Assembly: GCA_963739345.1 (NCBI GenBank)
Contig: CAVUAA010000002.1
Location: 330,713-394,712 of the forward strand
Direction of reading: 5' to 3'
Length of the DNA stretch: 64,000 nucleotides
DNA from: an uncultured Verrucomicrobiae bacterium
GTDB lineage: Bacteria; Chlamydiota; Chlamydiia; Chlamydiales; JAFEGQ01
Shown here in pieces: positions 18,058 through 26,289 of the stretch (its first letter is position 1; each line of letters begins with the position of its first letter). A program made the position numbers and the translations under genes. The notes beneath the pieces are model-generated. The model had not been told where the DNA came from and did not search any database. It worked only from the letters and a program-made list of their open reading frames with translations.

Positions 18058-18635
18058 AACAGATTCTTGTGACAGGCCGCTTGACGTGTGATGATCAGAC
18101 CGGGGAGGTGCGCGACACTCTCGATTCCAAGTGGACACCGTTTCTGCAGCAGGCGGGGCTTTTGCCCATCCTGGTGCCCCACACAGCCGATCTCGACACA
18201 TTTTTGGCTCACCTGAGCTACGATGGATTATTGTTGACGGGGGGAAATGATCTCGGGCTCTTTTCGAATTGTTCTCTTTCAAAGGCAAGAGATGCATTTG
18301 AGCTGGACCTGCTCGCTCGGGTTGAGATGCCAGTTCTTGGCGTCTGTCGTGGGATGCAGTTACTTGGCCAAAGGTATGGGGCAACTCTGCAGGAGGTCGA
18401 TGGGCATGTGGCCGCCCGTCACCTGGTTGGGGGGCGAGAGGTTAACTCTTACCATCGGTACGCGATGACATCGGCGGGCAAGCTGACGGTTTGTGGGCGC
18501 TCTCCCGATGGGGTGATTGAGCACATCGCTCATCCCACAAAACCAATTGTAGGCATCATGTGGCATCCGGAAAGAGAGAGCCCTTTTTGCCAAGAAGATC
18601 TTTCTCTATTTCGCAGACACTTTGGAGGGGCGTGA
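18054..18635 (+). CDS. class I glutamine amidotransferase / peptidase C26-like hydrolase (Cj1417-like)
   Basis: ATGA overlap with the upstream gene. Nucleophile elbow GVCRGMQLL; MWHPE His-Glu motif. Confidence 0.7.
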   Translation: MKQILVTGRLTCDDQTGEVRDTLDSKWTPFLQQAGLLPILVPHTADLDTFLAHLSYDGLLLTGGNDLGLFSNCSLSKARDAFELDLLARVEMPVLGVCRGMQLLGQRYGATLQEVDGHVAARHLVGGREVNSYHRYAMTSAGKLTVCGRSPDGVIEHIAHPTKPIVGIMWHPERESPFCQEDLSLFRRHFGGA

Positions 18636-19354
18636 TGAGAGCGATCATTTTGGCTGCTGGCACAGGGACGAGACTAGGCTCCCTCACAGCGGACCGTCCG
18701 AAGTGCATGGTAGAGTTGCAGGGGGTGCCGCTGATTGATCGGACGCTCGCGGTGCTACGAGCCGCTGGTATTGATGACGTAATTGTCATCACGGGCTACC
18801 GCGACGACTGCTTGCGAGATCATCTCAAAGGGCAGGGGGTGAGGTTTTGTCATAACGGCGACTACGCCTCCACGAACATGGTGGCAAGTCTCCTGACTGC
18901 TCGCGAGTTTTTTGACCAGGAGTCGCTCATCTCCTATGCCGATATCGTCTATACGCCCGCCGTTGTCAAGGCACTGATCCGCGAGAGAGCACCGCTTGCC
19001 CTCACCTACGACACCGACTGGCACACCTTGTGGTCGATGCGGATGGAAGATCCGCTTTTGGACGCAGAGACGTTCAAAACGGATGCGGATGGATATGTTG
19101 AGGTGGTTGGGGGAAAGCCCCGTTCTCTTAGTGACATTCAGGGGCAATACATGGGGCTCATTCGGGCGAATCCTATCGGCTTTGAGTCGCTTGTTGCGAC
19201 CTATGAGAGGTTGGGTCGTCCTCCCAAACTGCAGATGACCGAGCTCTTGCAAGCGGTGACGGCTCCGATCAAGGGTATTGCAGTGTCAGGGGGTTGGGTG
19301 GAGGTCGACACGCCCGAAGACCTGCTAGCCTACAAGGATCTTAGCTGGCTTTAG
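18635..19354 (+). CDS. nucleotidyltransferase (Cj1416-like; candidate cytidylyltransferase)
   Basis: TGATG overlap with the upstream gene. N-terminal MRAIILAAGTGTRLG signature of NTP-transferases. Confidence 0.7.
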   Translation: MRAIILAAGTGTRLGSLTADRPKCMVELQGVPLIDRTLAVLRAAGIDDVIVITGYRDDCLRDHLKGQGVRFCHNGDYASTNMVASLLTAREFFDQESLISYADIVYTPAVVKALIRERAPLALTYDTDWHTLWSMRMEDPLLDAETFKTDADGYVEVVGGKPRSLSDIQGQYMGLIRANPIGFESLVATYERLGRPPKLQMTELLQAVTAPIKGIAVSGGWVEVDTPEDLLAYKDLSWL

Positions 19355-20526
19355 AGATAGTCCGTGGACATCCACCGGTCGCGTGTTTTGCGATGCCTTC
19401 GGCGGGCTCTTGAGTTTGCGATGGCTTCTATCCGCTCCCGTTCCGTTTCGGCTGTGACAAGCGAGTAGGACTTCTCTAACGCCTGTTTGTAGAGTCGCCG
19501 TTTCCTTAGAACCTGAAAGACGCGTGTCAGCGTCTCACACACACCGTAGCTCTCCGTCTCATCCAGGAGTTGCCGAAGCAGCCGGTAGTCGACAAACCGG
19601 CCGTATGTAGCTGCCTGAATGCGGGCCATTGGACGGTCGTGGATCGTTGCACTCCATTCGGCTAAGGTCTGCCCTACTTGGTTGTTGAAGGCCCGCTCTC
19701 CCCATCTTGAGAGAGCCTTGGCAAGTCGCGCCTGGTAGGGGAGAGTTTGCGTTGCGCCAGCCTCCACGTCGTAGCCGAACTTTTGGGCAACAATGGCTGG
19801 CCAGCCGTGAAGAGCCTCCAGGTCTTCTGCGGAGTACAGCATCGCCCCTCACCCACCTGCCCTTTGCGCATGAGCTCGTGAGTTCCCAGCCATTTGACGG
19901 TGGCCGCACGGATGTTGGCGAAAGAGGAGGCCTCAATGGCCGCCTCTATCTCTCCAAGAGGCCTCTCTTCTCCCAAAAACCCTAACGCGCGCAGCACAGC
20001 TGGGAGTGGGTTGGATTTGAGCTCTTCGAAGCTGATTGTCAGTAGTTTCCCCGGTCCGAAGGCATTGGGGATGAGGCTATAGTAGTTCGCCCACTCTTCT
20101 GCCGGGGCATGATGGAGTTGGTGGCTGTAGTGAGGATCGTTTATATAAAGCGGCTCTGTGAGAAATTGGCTGAATGAGAGATGTCCGCCCAACTCTGTGG
20201 TGGCAGCGAATGAAGAACATCACGAATATCCCGGACTACCAGGATCCCCCGTCCTTTGATCTCTTCGCGGTTTGGGAGGAAGTGGGTCGAGGAGCAACGT
20301 GGGGCAGTCGCCAAAGTGGTAGACGGTTTGGTCTTGCAATCTTGGAAATCGGCCGGCAAGCAGCTTCCGCTCCCCCTCATCGATCGTCCACGAGCCATCG
20401 CCATTATTCTTCCAAAAGCATCAAAGTCTCCACGGTAGATGGGAATGCCTAACTCGAAGAGAATGTTTGCGAGGATCGACTCCCGGCGTGCGGGAAAGCG
20501 TAGATCCCGATCGACTCAGCCGCCAT
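19351..20526 (-). pseudogene. sulfotransferase-fold gene interrupted by at least three frameshifts
   Basis: MAAESIGIYAFPHAGSR (PKSGTT-like 5'-PSB position) / ILANILFELG...GILVVRDIRDVLHS / GHLSFSQF...LLTISFEELKSNPLPAVLRALGFLG...ELMRKGQVGEG / MLYSAEDLEALHGW... These lie in codon phases 0, 1, 2, 0. ATG 20526 overlaps the methyltransferase stop. Confidence 0.6.
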
Positions 20527-21250
20527 GGCGGGCGACCCAGATGCGTGTGGTGTAAGGAACCCCCACCTCTGCATCAGGGATAAGCGAGTGAATCTCATCA
20601 CAGATCGTGCTGAAAGCCTCTCCTGCCTGACGGGCCAGCGTCTCGTGTGATCGCCAGGCGGTGACAATCCGCTCTTTGGTCATGGGGACCACAAACGTAC
20701 TCTCCACCTTCTGCGAACTTTCGAAGAGGCCCGATGCTTCAATCACAGCGGTTGGGTCCTGGCGCCTCTTTCCGTAAGAGTAATCGGCAATTTTGGACTG
20801 GATCAGCTCCTCGATCGCCCTTTGCAGCGGGTCGTTTAAGTCTCGGTGATTCCACATGCAGGCAAAGTACCCACCTGGAATAAGTAACCGTGCGGCCTCC
20901 TTAAGTGCTAGGGCCTGATCCACCACGTTGAATGAGGAGCCGAAAAAGACTCCTGCAAACTGATCACTTTGAAGTCCCGTCTCCTCGCCAGAGGCCTTTT
21001 GCCACCGAACATCGAGTCCAGCACTATTTTTGATCCCAAAGTCGCGCATCGCATCGTTGGGCTCTACTGCTTTGACCCTCAGTCCGTATTGGGCGAGGGG
21101 GCCAGAGAGCTTCCCCGTGCCAGCTCCCACATCGGCCACGAGGTCCCCCCTGCTCAGGCCCATCATTTCAAAGCAGCGCGTCAGCGCCTCTTTTGAATAG
21201 TCAGCCCTTTGATCGTATGAGCTCGCACGCTCAGTATAGTCCCACTTCAT
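20516..21250 (-). CDS. class I SAM-dependent methyltransferase
   Basis: Motif I DLVADVGAGTGKLSGPLA, followed by VKAVEPNDAMRDFG. 244 codons. Confidence 0.8.
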   Translation of the reverse strand: MKWDYTERASSYDQRADYSKEALTRCFEMMGLSRGDLVADVGAGTGKLSGPLAQYGLRVKAVEPNDAMRDFGIKNSAGLDVRWQKASGEETGLQSDQFAGVFFGSSFNVVDQALALKEAARLLIPGGYFACMWNHRDLNDPLQRAIEELIQSKIADYSYGKRRQDPTAVIEASGLFESSQKVESTFVVPMTKERIVTAWRSHETLARQAGEAFSTICDEIHSLIPDAEVGVPYTTRIWVARHGG

Positions 21251-21358
21251 CCTAACCTCCCGTAGATTCTAGTTGGCCTGGAACCATACCATACTCATAG
21301 TCTAAGCTGCCACCCAATAATCTAGATTGAGATCATTGGGTGGCAACTATCGGGTGGA

Positions 21359-21901
21359 CTATGATCGCTGTTGAGTGGGGGCAGCTGGTGGGCCTTGTGC
21401 CGGCGGAGGCGCACGATGTTCCTGTTCACAAAGTTCTAAGTTTCTAATCACCTGCGCGCAAGTTTTATTAACAAAGTGTGTGTTGAGGAAGGTGCGGCCG
21501 GCTGTGAGGAGCTGGGCGTGCTGTTCGGGGGTGATGGTGTCTAGGTAGGCGGTGAGGTCGGTGTCTGTGGGGAAGCGGGAAGGGTCGATGTAGCAGGTGG
21601 GGGGGATAGCGGGGGTGCCGCGGTAGATGGGGACGGTGCCGCGGGCAATGGTCTCTAGGAGTTTATGGCAGTCGGATACTTGAGCGAAGCGGGGGGCGGC
21701 GACTCTGTTTTTATTGGCGAGGAGGCGGAAGTGGTCGCTAAGTTTGACGACGACGGCCCCTTCGGGAATGCGTTTGAGCGAGGTGCGGCGGAGGTCGTAG
21801 CCTAGGTCTCGGAGCTTTCGTTGGAGCAACTTCCAGACAGGGTGTCTGGTTTGCGGGGAGTAGTAGGCGATACGAGAGTGGGAGATGCCGAATAGCCGCA
21901 A
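21359..21901 (-). CDS. short, motif-degenerate GT10-like paralogue (possible pseudogene)
   Basis: Aligns with the C-terminal half of the neighbouring GT10 gene (TVPIYRGTPAIPPTCYIDPSRFPT vs SVPIYWGAPNITEYVPADCFIDRTQFPS), but the YENxxxxxYVTEK motif is lost. TTG start; only 180 codons. Confidence 0.45.
   Translation of the reverse strand: MRLFGISHSRIAYYSPQTRHPVWKLLQRKLRDLGYDLRRTSLKRIPEGAVVVKLSDHFRLLANKNRVAAPRFAQVSDCHKLLETIARGTVPIYRGTPAIPPTCYIDPSRFPTDTDLTAYLDTITPEQHAQLLTAGRTFLNTHFVNKTCAQVIRNLELCEQEHRAPPPAQGPPAAPTQQRS
21381..21538. repeat. right copy of the 158-bp direct repeat flanking the phosphoramidate cassette
   Basis: See 14991-15148. The right copy carries a decayed remnant of the cyclo-ligase 3' end (21359-21448, about 41 bp shorter than the intact gene). 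Confidence 0.9.
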
Positions 21902-21960
21902 GGTTTAAGTGCCTCCAGGATGTCCTCGGTTACCTGATCTATAAATCGATCATGGAAAAA

Positions 21961-22902
21961 TTAGCCAGCTTTTTTCAGATCGGCGGTCAATGTCTCTTGG
22001 ATGCCAGCTGTCATCTGATTGATAAAGCTCTCCTCTGAAAATAGCTTTGCTTTTTCGGAGGCTAGATAGCGCTTCGCGGCGGTCAGATAGGGGGCCGGGT
22101 CGAGGGTGAGGAGGTGTTCGTAGAGGGCTTGATCCGAGGGGAACTGAGTGCGGTCGATGAAGCAATCAGCCGGTACGTACTCGGTGATATTAGGTGCGCC
22201 CCAGTAGATGGGGACCGAGCCAGCGCAGAAGCAGTCGAGAATCTTTTCGGTGACGTAGCCGGGCATGCTGTGGCCATTCTCATAGGCGATAGTAAAGCGG
22301 AAGTTAGAGAGAGTAGCCAGCTTGTCGTCGACAGGGCCGCCATAGTTACGATAGCCCAGATGCTCCCAGCCAGTTCCGTAAAAGGTGAAATCAGCCTCAG
22401 GTTGATCTTCGAAAAACTCGATGAGGCGGCGGCGGTGGGTGTAGAGTTCTTGTGGATGGGAAGAGGCCTTGTTGCCCACAACCATGGTGAGAAAGCGATG
22501 CTGGGAGTTTGGAGAGCGGCTTTTGAGTGGGTTAGGGAATAGAAGCTTTTGAAATTTGGGCCCGTGGAGGTCATCGCGGAGGGTGTAGATGCGGGAAAAG
22601 CGGTCGTAACAGGCGGCGGTGTGCTGGTAGGGGATGTATGTGGGGGGCTCGGTCTGAATGAGGTGGTGGGTGGCTGGAGAGCGGTTGCGGAGGAAGTCGA
22701 GCGTCTCAGCAGTGGGCATGATGTCATTGAAGATGACGAGGGGGGCGTCTTGAGGGATTCTCCTAAGGGGAGAGCATTTGAGGCGGTAGGGCTTTACCTG
22801 GTCACGGATGGTGGCCCAAGAGGACCATTTTTGGAAAAAAGGCTCTCGGTGGGTGTGACCGGGGAGAAGGGTGATGTAGGCGGTGGGGGGCTGCTTGAAC
22901 AT
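21961..22902 (-). CDS. GT10-family alpha-1,3/4-fucosyltransferase-like glycosyltransferase
   Basis: Start at ATG 22902; the longer ORF would overlap recA. Signature FRFTIAYENGHSMPGYVTEKILDCFCAGSVPIYWGAP closely resembles the H. pylori FutA-type motif FENxxxxxYVTEKxxDxxxxxxIPIYWG. Confidence 0.75.
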   Translation of the reverse strand: MFKQPPTAYITLLPGHTHREPFFQKWSSWATIRDQVKPYRLKCSPLRRIPQDAPLVIFNDIMPTAETLDFLRNRSPATHHLIQTEPPTYIPYQHTAACYDRFSRIYTLRDDLHGPKFQKLLFPNPLKSRSPNSQHRFLTMVVGNKASSHPQELYTHRRRLIEFFEDQPEADFTFYGTGWEHLGYRNYGGPVDDKLATLSNFRFTIAYENGHSMPGYVTEKILDCFCAGSVPIYWGAPNITEYVPADCFIDRTQFPSDQALYEHLLTLDPAPYLTAAKRYLASEKAKLFSEESFINQMTAGIQETLTADLKKAG

Positions 22903-22957
22903 GTTGACTACTATAGGGTGAAAGGGGGATTCTAGCAGAAACCACAGAGGGAGGTCA

Positions 22958-24016
22958 ATGATGGGAAGAGAAAGCGAGTCAGCTCGAAAAAAGGCGTTAG
23001 AAGCGGCAGTTGCACATATCCATAAACAGTTTGGTGAAGGGGCGATCATGAGCCTCGGCAAGCAGTCCGCCGGCCGCGAGGTAGAGGTGATCTCGACCGG
23101 AGCAATCTCTCTCGACATTGCATTGGGAATTGGCGGAGTGCCACGTGGAAGGATTGTAGAGATTTATGGGCCTGAGTCGTCGGGAAAGTCGACGCTGGCA
23201 ACCCACATTGTGGCCAATGCGCAGAAGAATGGGGGCTTGGCGGCCTACATCGATGCGGAGCACGCCCTCGATCCGAGTTATGCGACGAAAATCGGGGTGA
23301 ATATCGATGACCTTTTGATCTCACAGCCCGACAGCGGAGAGGAGGCGCTCCAGATCACGGAGGTGCTCGCCCGCTCGAATGCGGTCGATGTGATTGTGAT
23401 CGACTCGGTGGCAGCACTGGTTCCCAAGAGTGAGCTAGATGGGGAAATTGGTGACTCGTTCGTCGGTCTTCACGCGCGGCTGATGTCGCAGGCGCTTCGG
23501 AAGCTGACCGCAGCGGTTTCGAGGAGCAACACCTGTGTGATCTTCATCAACCAGATCCGTGAGAAAATTGGGGTGATGTTTGGGAGTCCAGAGACCACGA
23601 CGGGTGGCCGGGCGCTTAAGTTCTACTCGTCGATCCGTCTCGACATTCGCCGGATTGGGAGCATCAAGGGAACGACAGCCGATGCCAATATCTTGGGAAA
23701 CAGGGTGAAGGTGAAGGTGGCCAAGAACAAGATGGCTCCTCCGTTTAGGATCGCCGAGTTTGATATTCTGTTCAACGAAGGAATCTCAAAAGCGGGATCG
23801 CTGATCGACATGGCCGTTGAGTTTGAGGTGATCGATAAGAAAGGGGCGTGGTTCAGCTACAAAGGGGGACGACTCGGCCAAGGGCGCGAAGCGGTCCGTG
23901 AGGAGCTGCGCAACAACCAGGAGCTCTTCGATCAGATTGATGCGGAAGTTCGTGCGAAGAATCCACTTCTGGCCACGAAAGAGACGCCGAAACAAGAGGC
24001 TCCAGCTCCGGCGTGA
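22958..24016 (+). CDS. recA: recombinase RecA
   Basis: [22 protein letters not shown], Walker [47 protein letters not shown]. Confidence 0.97.
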   Translation: MMGRESESARKKALEAAVAHIHKQFGEGAIMSLGKQSAGREVEVISTGAISLDIALGIGGVPRGRIVEIYGPESSGKSTLATHIVANAQKNGGLAAYIDAEHALDPSYATKIGVNIDDLLISQPDSGEEALQITEVLARSNAVDVIVIDSVAALVPKSELDGEIGDSFVGLHARLMSQALRKLTAAVSRSNTCVIFINQIREKIGVMFGSPETTTGGRALKFYSSIRLDIRRIGSIKGTTADANILGNRVKVKVAKNKMAPPFRIAEFDILFNEGISKAGSLIDMAVEFEVIDKKGAWFSYKGGRLGQGREAVREELRNNQELFDQIDAEVRAKNPLLATKETPKQEAPAPA

Positions 24017-24792
24017 TCATCGTCAAAATCCATGGGGGGCTGGGCAACCAGCTCTTCCAGTATGCATTTGGGCGTGCGCGCTCCATCCGGGAGGAGAAAA
24101 AACTCCTCCTCGACATTCGCTGGTATCGCAAAGGTGATCGGGTCCTTGGACTCGATCATTTTTGCATCACCGGCGGCCGCCGTTCGTGGTGGCACTGGAG
24201 AGAAGAAGAGCCCCTTTCCGGCTACTGGCAAAGCGAAAACTATTTCGCCGATCAGGCCGATTTGATTCGGCAGGAGCTACAACCAAAAGTGGCAGTTACC
24301 GGCTGCGAGCCGATGGAGCGGCGTGAGTCGGTCAGTCTTCATGTGAGGCGGGGCGACTATGTCCAGCACAAGACGCGTGCGCCGGTTCATGGCGTCAACC
24401 TCGATCACTACTACAAGCGTGCTGTGGACCTGATGCAGGAGCGGTTGGCCAATCCCCACTTCTTTGTCTTTAGCGATGAGCCGGAGTGGGTGAGAGAGAA
24501 TCTATCTCTTGATGCGCCCATGACTGTGATGGAGGCGGGGGCGCCACATGAGGATCTCATTCGAATGAGCAGCTGCCGGCATCACATCATGGCAAACAGC
24601 TCATTTAGTTGGTGGGGGGCGTGGCTTAATCCGGGCAGTGAGAAGACTGTCACAGCGCCCGATCAGTGGTTCAATGTGCCAGGGCACGACACGAGCGATC
24701 TCCTTCCAGAAGGCTGGATCAAATTGAGCTGTAGCGAGGAAAAGCGCGAATCAGCTTGTCACTCGCCTGTTGCTCAGCTAGGCGCACTCTAA
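24013..24792 (+). CDS. GT11-family alpha-1,2-fucosyltransferase
   Basis: GTG start overlapping the recA stop (GTGA). Motifs [34 protein letters not shown]. Confidence 0.8.
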   Translation: MIIVKIHGGLGNQLFQYAFGRARSIREEKKLLLDIRWYRKGDRVLGLDHFCITGGRRSWWHWREEEPLSGYWQSENYFADQADLIRQELQPKVAVTGCEPMERRESVSLHVRRGDYVQHKTRAPVHGVNLDHYYKRAVDLMQERLANPHFFVFSDEPEWVRENLSLDAPMTVMEAGAPHEDLIRMSSCRHHIMANSSFSWWGAWLNPGSEKTVTAPDQWFNVPGHDTSDLLPEGWIKLSCSEEKRESACHSPVAQLGAL

Positions 24793-25456
24793 AGTCGCTG
24801 ATCGGATTGGCGTCATTATAGATATAGAGCACTTCGGGGATGAACCGGAAGCGGGGGCCGGCCATCTCGGCGATGGGGAACATGGTGGCCAGATCGCCTG
24901 CTGTGCGAAAATAGTCTCCTGTACGGGGATCGCGCAGGTCTTTGTCCTCAATCTGCCTCCAGAGTAGGTACTTGTAGGTGCGGAGGTGGGAGAAAAGCCA
25001 CGATTTCTTTCTGTAGTGGAGCTTGCGGGTGGTTTTGGACTTGGGAAGGCGGCAGTGGCCGATGGTGCCGGCCCGGTAGTTGAGATATTGGCCGTAGGTG
25101 AAGAGGGCGTCTGAGGAGGAGTAGACGTCGTCTAGTTTTTGCAATACCCACTCGTTGGCGAGCCAGTCATCGCCATCAACCACAATGATCACATCGTCGT
25201 CGGTGCACTTGTGAGCGGCGGTGCCGTCAATGAGGCCGGCGAGGGGGCCGCCGTTTTCTTCGCGGGTGTGGTGGATCCAATTGTTGCGATCGCAGAAATC
25301 TTTGATGACTGCTTTGTGTTGATCATCCGTTGAGGCGTCGTCGACGACGGCAACGTCGAAGTGGGGGTAGTCCTGCGACTCGATAGAGCGGAGGGTCCGC
25401 TCTATCCATGGGTAGCTGTTGTAGGAGGGGACGACGATTTTGAAGTGGGTGGTCAT
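24719..25456 (-). CDS. GT2-family glycosyltransferase
   Basis: Start at ATG 25456 (ATGA overlap with the upstream gene). IVVPSYNSYPWIERTLRSIESQDYPHFDVAVVDDASTD, VVDGDDW. Confidence 0.8.
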   Translation of the reverse strand: MTTHFKIVVPSYNSYPWIERTLRSIESQDYPHFDVAVVDDASTDDQHKAVIKDFCDRNNWIHHTREENGGPLAGLIDGTAAHKCTDDDVIIVVDGDDWLANEWVLQKLDDVYSSSDALFTYGQYLNYRAGTIGHCRLPKSKTTRKLHYRKKSWLFSHLRTYKYLLWRQIEDKDLRDPRTGDYFRTAGDLATMFPIAEMAGPRFRFIPEVLYIYNDANPISDFRVRLAEQQASDKLIRAFPRYSSI

Positions 25457-26289
25457 GGGATGGAGGCGAAGGTTTGAGCGATGGTTTGGAGGTGAGTGTC
25501 GTCGATGGGGAGGGTGCCCAAAGTTTGCTGGAGGGCGCCGAGCTCCTCTTGGTAGCGGGCCATGGCGGCGTCGGGGCCCATGAGGAGGACGGTGTTCATC
25601 TGGGAGTCGTTGGCTCTGTCTTGTTCGAGGTCCTCGAAGTCGTCGGCCATCTGAAAGACGAGGCCAAGGTGTTGAGACATCTTCTTGACGCGGGGGAGGA
25701 GGGTGGGGTCGCCGCCGCCAAAGAGCCAGCCGAGGACAAATGAGGTCTCGAAGAGGGCGCCTGTCTTGCGGGCGATGGTGTCGAAGACGTTGGCTTCTGT
25801 GAGGGCGGAGGGGTGGAGGTCTTGAAATTGGCCTCCTGTGAGCCCTGAGAGGCCCATGTTGGTCGAGACGTTCTCTACGGCCAGCCTGCACATCTTATCA
25901 CCGTGGAGGGGCATCAGGAGGGCGTTATAGGCAAGCTGCTCATAGGCGGCGGCAATGAGGCCGTAGCTGGCGAGAAAAGCGGTCTCCTCATTGAACGCAC
26001 GATGGGTAGAGGGACGGCCGCGGCGCATGTCGTCGTTGTCCATGCAGGGAAGGTCGTCGGCGATGAGGGAGGAGGTGTGGAGGTATTCTACGCAAAGGGC
26101 TGCAGGGCCAACGTCGAGGCCGTTGCCGAGGGCGTCGGCCATCATGAGGACGAGGGCAGGACGGAGCCGCTTGCCTGGACTGTTGAGGGCGTATTTCACC
26201 GCCTGGTGGAGGGGGGTGTTCTCCGACATGAGACTCAGCTCGGCAGTGAGAATCGCCTCGAACCGTTCTTTATAGGGTGTGAGAGGCAA
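25453..26289 (-). CDS. short-chain polyprenyl diphosphate synthase (IspA-like FPP/GGPP synthase)
   Basis: GKRLRPALV, first Asp-rich motif IADDLPCMDNDDMRRGRPS, second FQMADDFED. The start is uncertain (TTG 26289 or ATG 26229). Confidence 0.8.
   Translation of the reverse strand: MPLTPYKERFEAILTAELSLMSENTPLHQAVKYALNSPGKRLRPALVLMMADALGNGLDVGPAALCVEYLHTSSLIADDLPCMDNDDMRRGRPSTHRAFNEETAFLASYGLIAAAYEQLAYNALLMPLHGDKMCRLAVENVSTNMGLSGLTGGQFQDLHPSALTEANVFDTIARKTGALFETSFVLGWLFGGGDPTLLPRVKKMSQHLGLVFQMADDFEDLEQDRANDSQMNTVLLMGPDAAMARYQEELGALQQTLGTLPIDDTHLQTIAQTFASIP

Noticed and set aside
21309-21344. Inverted repeat gccacccaat / attgggtggc upstream of the methyltransferase gene as an attachment or recombination site
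   Set aside because: It is a 10-bp stem present only once in the window. It may be an operator, but there is no supporting evidence such as a second copy at the other cassette border.
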